The translations under genes were made by a program, and so were the position numbers. The notes beneath the pieces are model-generated. The model was not told where the DNA came from, ran no database searches, and saw only the letters and a program-made list of their open reading frames with translations. Below, one piece after another: positions 36,685-49,317 of a stretch of DNA of 64,000 nt. The DNA is from Oikopleura dioica (lineage: Eukaryota > Animalia > Chordata). Numbering within the stretch: position 1 is the first letter of the stretch; each line of letters begins with the position of its first letter. Location of the stretch: the NCBI GenBank assembly GCA_907165135.1, contig OU015567.1, positions 2,666,001 to 2,730,000 of the forward strand, read 5' to 3'.

Positions 36685-39600
36685 ATGCTGATCGAGTGTC
36701 TCTTCTGCGACAAAAGAGATAACCAAGAGAATTTTTTGAAACACTTGAAGAAAGATCATAAAATTGAAGAGTTTTTACTGCAGGTTTTTTGTTGAGAATG
36801 GGCTAGCGCTAGAATTTGAGTTTTTAGGCGACGAACGGATATTTTGTGGAAAAACAATGTAGAGAATGTGGACTTGCCGGGGCTGAGAATGTATGAATAT
36901 CAAATATATATACAAGAAATGGTCGAAAAGAAAGTAAAAAGGAACGATTCAGATTTTCAAGCTTGACTTTACTCAGATTAATAAGGGTATCTTAGCATTA
37001 TATCATACAGAAATCAGCTTGAAAATCGTGATCCGCAAAATTTCTTTTAAAAATTTTTTAATAGATTCACAAAAACGACGATCAACTTGAAAACTGCAGA
37101 AAGCTCCAAACACATCTCAAATCCTTCGGAATTTCTCCCTGCATCCCTCCTGAAGGATACAGTCATCCCACTCCAGAAAACTTCGAAGGGCAAGAGGAAG
37201 AATACGATTGGGTTGGAGATCTGTATTCTCGATTAGCAGAAGCTGTTAAATTAGCGAAAAAATGTCCCCTTTGTGGATTAATTCCAAAAAGCAGCAAAAA
37301 GATCGAAAAGAAGATCAAACAGCACATTATTTCTCGCCATAAAATCGCCATTTATCCATGCAGAGGTACGATGCTAAAACACGTGATATAAATCTGACCG
37401 ATTTGCAAGACGAGATAAATTGCGATTTCGAGTCCCCATGGCCTGCAGAATTGGCAGAGCATGTCGAAGAAGTGCACCGGCGGCAAATAACTGAAGCGGA
37501 AGAGCAAGGTACGCTCTACCCGATTTCTGTCCGGAAGGAAAATATTCGAAAAGAGCTCGAGAAATTTTTTACAAAGAGAAATGATCGCCAAGGAAAATCA
37601 AAGAGAAAATCTAAAACAGAAGAGCCACCAAGGTATCGGCTAAGTAAATCTCTTACAATCAGAGCAGAAAGTTTATTTTCTTGCCCATTCTGAATGTATT
37701 ACAGAATGGGTGAGGTTATAATACAGATTGGGGATACAGAATGGGCCATTCATATTTTGATATCGAAAATATTCAAGGTAACCAGAAAATATAATTGCTC
37801 ACCCGATCAAAGTTTGACACCACTGGAAGAAATTTCATCGAGTAGAAAATCTGCTCTCGTCAAGAATCAAGCAAAGGAGAAATCTCAAGAAAAAATTGGA
37901 AAATCACAGAAACCTATTCAACCCGAAAATCAACCAAAAGAAACATCTACCCCAACTTCAAACTCTACGTCTAGCTCTTCCTCTAATCCTGAACCAGCGA
38001 ATATTTCCCAACCCCAAACATCTGAGCAGAAGATTCCAGAAGAAGACGACATGGCCCTGGACGAAGTGATCATTCTTACCCCTCGCGAAAACCCCCGCCT
38101 CACGCGAAATCAATCCAAACCCGAGCCCAGCTCTTCTGATCGCGTGAAGTGTCCCTTCTGCGAAATGGTCGTGACTAGACGGGGAATCGTCCAGCATGTC
38201 GGCTACTCGCACGCACTGCACTCCGAGAAATTCAGAAAAGACAAAGCTTACAAGGATATTTTGCCGTACAAGTGCCTGAGCTGCAAGCTTCAATTTGCGG
38301 GAAAGGAGAGTATGAGGAAACATTATAATTCTAGAGGAAAAACGAAGAGCATGTGCAAGCGGCCGGAGAGAGATGATACTGATTTGGTCGATCCAGCGAA
38401 AAATATTGGTAAGAAAATTTTCCTTTTTTACCCCTTAATGAGTTTTTTCAGAGTACAATTGTCCGTTTCCAAAATGTCCTTTTGTCGGAAAACTGCAGCT
38501 CATACTGAATCATCTCTTCCGCCATCCAGCGATGAACGTCAAGTTTCGAACAAAGAAGTCCTCCCTTCTTCCAGTAAAATGCCATGCTTGCAACTTCCAT
38601 TTCACCCAACGATCTTCTCTCCAAAAACACATCGAAATGAACCGCTGCGAACGAAATCAAATGATGGTCCAGGAGCAAGAAAAGCGAAAGAATCGGGATC
38701 ATCTTCATCCCTGTCCTTTCAAATGCGGCCGGTTGTACACTTCAAAGGACAAGCTAGATGAGCATATTGAAAAACATCACGAAAAGGAGAAAGAAGTCGA
38801 GTCAAGAATCGTTTCTCAAAGTGGATCGCTGCTCAAACAACTAAAAAGGGATCCGGAAAGCGGGAAATTGATTTGTCCCTTTCCAGAATGCTCTGCTGTC
38901 ATCGCCAAATCCTTCAGGTACTCTCGATCGGAAAGTGTTCAGGTTAATCGTTTTATTTCAGTCTTCTTTCGTCACACATCAGAAAATGCCATACAAGGGA
39001 TGAATACGCCGTTTTCCGGATCATCCCAACTACAGACTGTCCCTACGTTTGTCAAAAATGCTCTTGGGCTTTTACGGAAGGCCAGATCAAGAACCATTTT
39101 CATCAAGTTGCCGCTGTTTGTACTCGGAACAAGAAAACAAGGGATGAAATCATAAGAAAAGGACTCGATGAATCTATCGTTCTTCAATTCGTCGAGCCGA
39201 AAGTCGTCGTCCAAGAAGCAGTTGATGAAACGCCACAGCAAAGAATCGAAAGAATCTTCCAAGAAAAACGAAAAATATCAAGAGAAAAGGAAGTCAAAGA
39301 TATTCCAGCGCCAGTTGAAGAGTCTACCGAAGAAACGCCAAATATCTCGGAAAAAATTGCGAATGAGAATAATTCGAACTCAGAATCGCAGGTCGGGGAG
39401 GCAAAAAGAGGCTCCTCTGAAAGAGTGGTGCCCTCTTTGAACCTCGTTCCACTGTTGGAGGCGAAAATAGAACCAAATTCTTCAGCCGAAAATTTAGAAT
39501 TGTCCGATTCTGAGAATGAAGATGACACTGAATCTCAGCAGAAAGAAGACATCGAGGAAAACGCTACGAATGACGAACCTACAATCGACAAGGAGAGGAA

Positions 39601-42062
39601 AAGAAGTGGTCATGTTAAAATTGATCTATCTCCGGAAAACACAGATATACCAACTGAATCAAGGGAAATGCTGAAGCGCCCTCGTGAGGATGATGCTGAA
39701 GAAGTCATTAATCGAACGGAGAAAGAAGACGAAACTGGAAAAACTGAAGAGGAAGCCAACACAGTTGCGAATCCTGAAGTGCAAGATCAACTTCCAGTAA
39801 GAGAGCTCGTCGATCCCGTCAAAATAATAAAAACCAACCCTGATGAGCAGACCCAGCCTTTAACGATTCCACTCACACCAATAAAGACGCCAAAAGATAA
39901 GGATACTATTGAAGAATCTGTGCAGCCTCCGTCCAAGAAGCAAAGAATGGAAGTAGATGAACCCATAATTGAAGCTCCAGAAGCATCTCCGGGTCAAGAA
40001 GCAGTCATAATTGAGCCCGAGCAAGCCGGAACCGAGCAAGAGCAAATCGAAAAAAAGCCTGTGCCTGTGGTCTCCGAGAACATTTTAGAGCCTGAGCCAA
40101 TTGAAAAAATCGTTTCTCCTGAGGTCGAAACCAGAAAAAGTCCTGAAGAAATCATAAAAGCTTCTTTTCCGAGTTTCGAAACCTACAAGTTCAAGTGCTG
40201 CGTAGAAAATGCCTGTGATGTGCAATGCGATACATTATCTGAACTCACTTCTCATGTTCAAATCGATCACTCTACTTCTGATTACATTCGGTTCAGAGCT
40301 ACTACCAGATATTTCAACTTTCAATGCCAAGATTGCGGCTACCGAAGCCAATCACAAGAGCAACATGATAGGCACAAAGCCCCAGGGCAGGTCAAAAACT
40401 GCCGAAAGTTCAAAGCCTTTCGTTTCAATTTTGGGATTTCGATGGAATCAGACGGCTTGCCAATTCTTGCGTTGAATCTTTCTGAAACAGCTCCGGAGGA
40501 CAAAAAGGTAGAAATTCTTGAGAAGTGTGAGATTTGTTCATTGATCTTTCCAGATCAGAAAAATCTCTTTGGTCACTTGATAGAATCACACGGTATCGAA
40601 GAGTATTATCGAATCAGATCGTCAAAGAAAGCCAGATTGAGCTTCAAATGCGATAAATGCTCTTGGTTCTTCCCAAGTGCCGAATTTTCCCATTCTAGCG
40701 TTCTCTGCACCGCTCAGAAAACCATCACCAAAGAAATCGACGGGGATGGCCACGAATGTCCGTTTTGCAAAATCACCCTGAACGGTAAAGAACTTCTGCA
40801 TCACGTGGACGAAGAACATCAAGACTTCCAAATCATTTTCCGCCTAAAAGAGTCCAAACTCCTGAAAATCAAGTGCTCCAAATGCGGTTTTCATTTCATC
40901 TCAAACCACGAAAAAGAACAACATCATCAGAAACAACAATGCAAAATGAACATTCAAGCGAAACGAGATTTCTTCACGGCTCTTGATGGTCCGGCGGATG
41001 AACCTGCTGATCTTCCAAAAACTCCAGAGCCTACTCCACCTAAACAAGCAAATCCGATTCCTTCTCCAAAGGGATCGATCGCATCCAATTCAAAAAGTCC
41101 TCATCTAATTCTCCCAAATTTAAATATTTCATCAGGCCTGTCTCCCAATCTTTCAGCGGTTTCTCCGACGAATCTCGCCAGTATCTCCCCAACTCTTTCA
41201 ATCCCCAAGAAAAGCCAACAACTAAACTCCTTTCCGTTCAATAATCAAAATCTCCAACAGCACCAAGCCCTGGCAAACGCCCTCCATGCCTCTTTCCAAG
41301 CTCATCAAGCTTCCTCTGCTCAGAATAATCAACAAAACAACCCTCTCCAATTTCTCAATCAGCGCCAGAATCAGCAATATCTCAACACAAACATCCCCGT
41401 CCCAAATTTTCTGACCGCCGCTCAAACTCCTGTCTCTCAGGGGCCAGTTAACCGGCAAATCCTCCAGCTCGACCAGCCAAATCGCTACGGTAATTCTGTC
41501 CTTGGAACTTGCTCCTATTGCTTTGTGCCTATGCGATCCAGGCAGGAGATGGTCAGGCATGCTTCAAGCATGCAGGTATAAAATGATTTCAAGAGACGGA
41601 GAATTATACTATTTTAGGATTGCCTGACTTTTGCGCAAACATGCCAAAGAGCTTCAAGAGTTCCCTGTCCATATTGTGGCGAAGAAATCTCTGGAGACAG
41701 CAAAATCTTACAGGAAAGAGTTAAAATTTTGGATACCATAAAGAAGTAAACGATTTAAAGCTATTTAAATTTTATAAAATAGGCTTGATTGATGAAACCA
41801 ATATACGTCGTAAGTAAATTACAAATAATACGTGATTTTTTTCTGCATTCATTAGCGGGGATTAAAAATAACCTTTTTTGTTAATAATCAGTAACACTCT
41901 TGAAAGAACCACATCCAAGCGAACCACAGTCAATTCTACCATCAATTTCGTCACATGAAATCAGTCGCCCTTCCTTTTCAATGCATCAAATGCAACGGCT
42001 CATTCGGTGAAATGCTTCTTCTGCAGATTCACACTCAAAGTTGTGGCATCAATTTGAGCTGA
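36685..42062 (+). CDS. Large multi-zinc-finger protein (C2H2/C2HC) with acidic and Q/N-rich regions
   Basis: Many C-x2-4-C...H-x3-5-H/C motifs in ORFs 37694-38761, 38532-39155, 39425-41581 and flanking exons; last exon FQCIKCNGSF...HTQSC, stop 42060-42062. Confidence 0.8.
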
Positions 42063-42128
42063 AAATTTGAAAAAAGACTGTTGATGAATAAATTATTTAA
42101 TAAACAATGTACAGAATGAGGTTTGTTT

Positions 42129-42809
42129 CTAGCAACAACCATCGCCTTCTATTTTCTTGCCGACGCTTCGCCAGGAGAATAAAAAGTTGCCAGTTGCCAG
42201 GCCGAAGACGATTGAAAAGAAGACCCCGTAGTTGTAGCTCATTGTTGCCAGCATGATGTAGTAGCCAAATGTTACTGTAAAACGGTGAACTCATGGTTGT
42301 ATATTATTTCCACCTTGAGGGATGTAGAGAAGACTTGAAAGAACGTAAAACTTGCTAAAGGCAATTTCCCGAAAACCGAAGTAGATATCATCAGTGATTT
42401 TTTGCTCGAAGTAAAATCTCAACGCTAGAATTTTATGACACACGATGAAAAGGACAAGATACCTTTGATTCCTTCAAAAAATATTGCCATGAAGAAAAAT
42501 GCAAAACACGCACCAATTTCTTGCTTCGCGCTCATGATCATCCATTTTTCCCAAAGAAGCTGTTTAAAGTTTCTCAAGAGAGAAATCAATTGTCAAAATA
42601 ATTATTACGAACTATCCGACTATGGTCGATTCGTCAGTGACAATAGATACTATGGTCTTATAGGATAATCGAATCAATGAGTCGAGAAAAAAATTAAGAA
42701 AATATACCAAAATGAGCAATTATGGTTTTCAGAAACTTTCATAAAATCCCCAGTGGTTTGAAAAATACATCGGCATCATCATCATCTCCATATTTTCCTG
42801 ATCTTCCAT
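42129..42809 (-). CDS. SLC31A1: CTR-family copper transporter
   Basis: Met-rich N-terminus MEMMMMPMYF; TM1 ending FFEGIK; MxxxM (MLATM) in TM2; GLATG in TM3; C-terminal CC. Each exon is below the ORF-track cutoff. Confidence 0.88.
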
Positions 42810-43066
42810 CTTTCTCTCTTTCACAAAAACCTTCAAATACCCTCTTTTTCAAGCTCTCAAGCCCACTTATAAATTTTCCGAACAAAGCCCCTGCGTGACT
42901 TTTTCACACATCGTTGGGAAACCTCTTCTCTTTCATTTTGATTTCGTTGAAGGCAAATAGTCATTTTATAATATCATTTCATAATTTACAAATGAGTTTA
43001 TTCACAGTTTTCTGAAAAATGAAGAAATAATGCATCGGTTTCATCTTGTACTCTTCCTTGATTTCA

Positions 43067-45420
43067 TCATCCAATCAGCGCATGACGGAAATCGGCAGCG
43101 CGCCACCAAGTGACATCTTTCTCAGCTGAAAGCGTCGTGATTGGACGGCGTGACGCCAGCGGCAGTAGAGAGTGATCACTGATACTGATAACATCAGTAC
43201 GACGCCTGAATTATCTTGTTAGAATTCTTGTAGGAAGGAAATAATTGGGAGGGACAAACAGTGATAATTGCTCCTTAGATTCTTGTTGTTTTATTCAAGA
43301 AAATGGGATTTAAATTAATAAATAGCAATGTCAAAGCAAGGAGGCCTACCTAAAAGTGCTGCGATCAAAACATCCGTCTGACTGAGTTGAAATCCATTTT
43401 TGATCAATACTGGAGCCCCGAACTCATCAAAATCCTCGTTTTTGCTGTGTCTCAAAATTACCCGTGGCCCGTTTTCAAAGTTTTCTAAATCGTTATTTTT
43501 CTCCTTTGAAATGTAAAACGGGCCGATAGACACGACCTCCCCGTCTTCCGGAAGGTCCTGTGCAAATCTCCGAGTTCTAGAATTCGAGTCGCATTCTTCC
43601 TCGTCCTTTTTCGGACAAGTCTCGTTGTCCTGAAAGCAGACACGCACCTTTGCGTGTAAATACGCCTTTTCGAAGTTGGCGAATTTGAAAACGCCAGTCG
43701 AGAATGTTGACAGATTCGACTCGCCGTTTGTGTATAATTTCACGTCAAGACTATCCAGAAACGCCAGACTTGGACATCTGAATTGGCAAAAATGAAGATA
43801 GTGTTAGATTCACGATTTTAGGGGTCATCCTTAATTCCAAGCAGTTATTCGCCGAAATTCATAAAGTGACACCCTTATTTATGCCCGTCATTACCTGTCA
43901 TCAACAATAGGAATATTAATCGGACTTCCGCTTGCCGTCGGTAAGGGTGTAGCCCACGCTTTTTCGACAATGATATTCACTCCTGTGTCTGAGGTCAAAA
44001 GTTCCACTCCAACAAAAACGTTATCATCAATTCCAAGCTCCTGAAAGAAAGAATCTAGTTTCAAAGCCGCATCTTGTTCAAAGCTGTTTCGATTTTGGTT
44101 TTAAGGGACTTACTGGAATATCGTCCAAGGGCTCGGAGAAGCTTTCGTCGCTGTACAGGTGCATCTTGGCAGAATACACGCCCTCGCCGATTACATCTGA
44201 TACGATTTCGACCGTGCTAAAGAAAGCTTAGTTGAAATCCAGGAAGATAAAATTGATGTTACTCATGAAGTTCGAATTCTGATTCGTGAGAAGTAGAGAC
44301 GAAGACATTCAGGGGCCAAGCACAACCGAATGGCATCGAGATTGCGCGGGGAATGTCGTTTCCGATGATGATTTCTAGAGAAAATACAATGAGACAATTT
44401 TTCTCAAAACGGAGCTCTGATTTTTGTTTAGTTCAAAAGTTCCCCTCAGCGGAAGAAAAAGTACGTGTTTTATCATCTTATGAAAAGCCCTTACCTCCTG
44501 GAAGTACGTCGCGCTTTAGGGCGTTGCGGTAGACAATATGGGTGGAGTTAACTTCGCTCTCCGTTAAACAGTCGAAATTCGGCTCGAGAAGCCCATCTTC
44601 GTTTTCGCTTCTTCTAGTGCACCAGCGCCATTTTCCACTTTCAGTTTTCTGAAAAAGTAGCAGTTTTAACTAATGATTATTTATGTCTGTTCCTAGAATA
44701 CACGGCCCTGGGTATTTAAAATGTGATAAGCACGGTGCTGCCAAATCCTGGCGCGCGTGTATTTGTCGCGTGACAGATTTCGCTGAACCCCGAAGAGGAT
44801 CTGATTAAATGAAGCATCGTGAAGGTTTAGCATTTGCTTGAATACAAAATTTTTTTCAAGAAATTAACGCTATTGGTCGCTTTTTCAACGGTAAAATACT
44901 CAAAACCAAAAACGGTAAGTTTAGCTTAGGATGCTTTTGGAACAGTGTTCACAGTTTCTAATTTTCAAGCCCGGGCTCTGAGAAATTCAAGAGCTCCGTG
45001 CCTAAGACATGCGCTTTTATTCAATCATTTCGCAACGAACAAAAACCTTTCCCATCCCTCCATTTTTTCTTCGAAAACCGTACTTGGGCGATCAAGATCT
45101 CAAGAACTAAATGGCAAAATCCAGTGATTAGAAATTTTAGAGGCTCGAAATTACGTTTAGCCATGCAACCGCGAAACGTGCTCGCTAGCCGCTGCACCTT
45201 TAGGAGTGGTATTTTTACTCCGTCATCCAATTACGCTTTTTTCAAAACGAGCCCCTTTTCAATTAGAAAAAGATCTTTTCAGTTAGAATGAGTACCTCTC
45301 GCTCGCCAAAGCAGCTAGAATCTTTCAGGTGGATTTTCTCGGGACTTCGAATATCGTGGTCGATGAAGAACTGCTCTTCTAGCTCCAGGCAGATTTCGTC
45401 GAGTTCGCATGACAGCTCCA
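43067..45420 (-). CDS. ZP-domain membrane protein (5' end not located)
   Basis: ZP-N start VELSC...LKDSSC; ZP-C AYLHAKVRVC; furin site RTRR; VVSIGPF patch; C-terminal TM. Confidence 0.8.
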
Positions 45421-45470
45421 CTAGAACAATCTGTTAAAAAACGATTCTCTTTAACATTTTTAAAAGCTAG

Positions 45471-45542
45471 CGAAGTGACACCCTTATTTTTCTATCTTTA
45501 AATTTACAAAAATTCAAAGAGAAAAATAAGGGTGTCACTTCG
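45471..45542. repeat. Hairpin of the GTGACACCCTTATTTT family
   Basis: Perfect 23-bp inverted repeat CGAAGTGACACCCTTATTTTTCT. Confidence 0.75.
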
Positions 45543-45969
45543 TTATCTTTAAAAACAAATTTGGTGAGTAAAGTTGATTGAGCGTAATTTAAAATTTCTC
45601 ATTCAAATTGAGTGGAAATCAACCACCCCGCGGTCAAGAGAAAACCCCACGATGTTCCCCGAACCAAGTGTCTTGAAACCACACTCGGAATTGAAAAATA
45701 CGCTTCGCCTCGGTGAATTTTCTCATATCATACTTTCGATATTACAAAAAAATGAAGATGGTGCGATGTCGTAAGAAGATAAGGCACGAGCACTTAGACA
45801 CGGATTGTTTCCCGATAAGCTTCGTCACTCACTTTGCCGCGGTCGCTTTATCTTTTCAAGTGGCGAATACTTATTTTATTTTTTGGTTCGTTAATTACTT
45901 TTATGTTTGATCCAATTCATGATAATAATTCGACTAAAAATGCACTATTGTAAAAAAAAACAGGGAATT

Positions 45970-46160
45970 AAAATGCTCGATTTTATAAAACAGCCAATCA
46001 AAATGCTCGATTTTTTAGAACAACCAATCAAAATGCACGATTTTCTTAAAGGGCCAATCACAATACTTGGTTTTCTAAAACGGCCAATCAAAATGCTCGA
46101 TTTTCTAAAACGGCCAATCAAAATGCTTTATTTTTAAAAACCGCCAATTAAAATTTTCGA
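45970..46160 (+). repeat. 30-bp tandem repeat, about 6 copies, nearly all with CCAAT
   Basis: Unit approximately AAATGCTCGATTTTCTAAAACGGCCAATCA. Confidence 0.9.
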
Positions 46161-47899
46161 TCTTTTTATCCGTCTTATAAAAAAGATGTAGGCAACTTTC
46201 GCTGAAAAATATTCAAAAAATTTGCAAAGAAAAAGCCTTATCCGCTCTTTTTTGTCGTAGCACATAATATTTATGCTTTATCTTCCTGTAAAATTAACCT
46301 AAGAGCACCTTCCAAGCAGCTTATTACCTGTCTCACTCTCTGATAAGATATGAAAAAGCTGCCCTTTGTCAGGACAGAAAGCCACGTACTTAGTTCTTTC
46401 CACATATGTTTCGTTCAATTATCTTTATTTCTCCCGCTCCTATTTGGACTTATGCAACCGACCCAACGGTCGGACCAAATTGATGAGCATCTATGAGTTG
46501 TTTTTGAGTTGAGCGAGGAGGTGTCGGAAAAACCGAAGAACAAGCTGTCGGAGGAGAAAATCAAAGCTCGATCTTGTTCAAGCCACGTCTTTGGGCTGAT
46601 AACAAGCACAAATTAGAAATCATTATATTGCCATATAACGATACATAACATAACAGGCCACGTGATTTGGGGATTCAATAATGCAGGGAAGCTCAAACAA
46701 CCACGACAACAGGCTAAAATATCTCTCAAAAGCAAGATTGAAAATTTCCGTCTTTTGAAATTTTGAAAATTTGAGTCAAAATCATAAATGCTCTAGAAAA
46801 TTATCATTTTAATCCGCTTTGCCACGGCGGTATTAAATCCTATACACTTCGATATATCATGTTGAAAAATCCCACGTGTCCTCGTCCTCTTTTTTTCATA
46901 ATGCTAGCATCAATTTCTAGCAGAAATTGAATAAGGGTGGTATAACCTAAAGCTTCCGCTGCTCACTTAGTCCGGTGGGTAAGCCTCTTCGTGCTTGAGT
47001 TAAGCTCTCGAACGTTGAATTCAGAGAATTTTCGCAACACGTTTTCAGGTGTTTCATCAATTTGAAAGTACTACTTACAGTTTTCCTCTAGAATTTTCTC
47101 CACAACATCGTTTTGCTGCATTTCTGAACAAATTATTAAAGGCGTGAATTTCAAGATAAATTTTCTTTCATGATTCATGAAAATCAAAATGGACCAATCA
47201 GAAGGCTTGATGATGAAATTCGTTATCAGTAACTCGATCAGTAGAAAAAAAAAAGAAAGTTTTTTTTGAATTTTTTTATTAATTGAAATAGAACCGCAAG
47301 TCCCCGATTTTTAAAATTGCTGAGACAATGTTATTCCAACAGATTTGAGGCCGCAAAAAACTCGAAAAACCGAAAAGCAAGCAAGTCAAAATAAACGCTC
47401 GGTTAAAGTAATCCCACTGTGACAATACTCAATTTCCTCCGCTCCTGCTGATTTTCAAGAGAGAGAGCTAAATCAATTGAGTTTCTTTATGCAATGAATT
47501 TTCTGGTATGAAATCGAGCAGAGCCAAAAATCGCATGTATCCCAGGTCCCCGGTGACGTTCTTGTGACACAGGCCACCGGAAAATCAGAATTATCATAAT
47601 TATCACGTGAGCGGTTAAAACATGTCATTGCGCGTTTTCTATAGCCTGGATCAGCAGCTTGATTGAATAATCTCTCTTCAAAGCGTCTTTATTCCGTATC
47701 TGTCTCGAAAATTTATTGAAAAAAGTCTAACAATATGATAACCATTAATAATAGAGCATTATTAATTAATATATTATAATTATATTATTTATTTATTATT
47801 TTATTTATTATATTATTATATTATTAATGGTCCATTATTATGTGGTTAGATAAGGGATCAGAAATATGTGTAAAACCTGAGCAACACAGTGTGAGTGAG

Positions 47900-48067
47900 C
47901 TTAACATTGTGACCCCCTTATTTTCAACAAACAATTATTCTGAGTCCATTTTCGATCTCAAAGAAATTTTTCCGAATTTCAAATCGGGCTTTCAATTTCT
48001 TTGAGATAGAAAATGGTAATATGATAGAGTAATTGTTTGTTGAAAATAAGGGGGTCACAATGTTAAG
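47900..48067. mobile_element. 168-bp near-palindromic MITE
   Basis: Perfect 38-bp TIR CTTAACATTGTGACCCCCTTATTTTCAACAAACAATTA plus an internal 23-bp inverted repeat with one mismatch. Confidence 0.8.
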
Positions 48068-49317
48068 TTAACGGGAAAATCCGATGTTTATATGTGATGG
48101 ATTCGTAATTTGATAGAAATAGAAACTGTTCCACGAAAAACGTGAGACCCTCTCTTGAAAATATTTTCCGATAAGTAAGAAAGTGGGCGGGCGCTGTTTT
48201 CTGATGATAAAAAAATTCGAAAAAATTATGGCAGGTGGGAAGCCGTGCTTAGCGGATCCCGGCCGAAAGCAAATAATCTCTTCTAGATCCTCGGAAAGCC
48301 CGGCACATGACCGCTTTGCTGATGTAAAAAAAGCAAAAGGAGGATTGATTTTTAGAAAAAAAAATTCGCTGACTTTAGAAAAGAAATAAACGAAAAAGAT
48401 GATGCGACGTTTTGTTCTTAGAAAAGAAGCAGATCTAACTGACGTTAATTCCATTTTAGTTTATCGTTATTTTGATTAGCTCAATTATTTTTGGTTCAAA
48501 TAGAGCTTTCTCCATCGAGGTTTGGCCAAAAACACGGGTCAATCGTATTTTGAATTTGATTTTTGGACAACGTTTTCCTGTCTTCCAGGAACCTTCTTTT
48601 GCATTAGAAACTCAACGGGGAGTAGACTCAAAACTTGACTTTCTATTTGACTAGCAAAACTTTTTCAGAAATTTCAGAAAAAAAATTATAATCGAAAACC
48701 ATAAATCTGACTCCGAAGATTCTTTTATATTTTTTTAAATTCTCTCTCTTCTGACCTGTTTAATTAATGCTCCGTTGGAGATTAATCCCATTTGGGAATA
48801 AGAGAAACAATATTATGTTAAAAACTTACTTTCAAAAATTATCTTCTTTTCCGTTCTTCAAAAAAGCGCGGTTCGGAGAGGACTTTCTTCTTTGGTTTTC
48901 TCTTTTATAAAAATTTCTACTATTATTATTTAATAATTTTTCTTTTGATAAAGCAGTACTCGTAAAAGAAGAAAAATCATGAATCCTCATTCCGAACCGT
49001 TTTGCTCGCGCGCGCCCTCCCCGCAGCGCAACTTTTCTCATGCGTCAGAAAAATGTTCCTCCGCCGCAAGTTGCAAGAAAACACGCCTGCTACGCAAATT
49101 AGCGACAGCAACTTACAATTTTCTCAGTTGAACATGTGTTTTCAGAGCAGTCGAAAAACTGTATTTTCGAATTTCTTTGATGGAAGTTATTATTCTGACA
49201 ATATTCGATAAATATTGTTATCAAAGTTTTAACCAAAGAAGTTGATACAATCGTTGCCGATATAATATCGGGGATATTGAAGATAAGAATTATTGGAGTT
49301 TATTTAGGATTGAACAG

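Noticed and set aside
45970-46160. 30-bp periodic repeat as a CRISPR array
   Set aside because: Units are contiguous with no unique spacers, there are no cas genes, and the context is eukaryotic.
47740-47830. AT-only stretch
   Set aside because: Low-complexity (TTA/TAT)n sequence without further structure.
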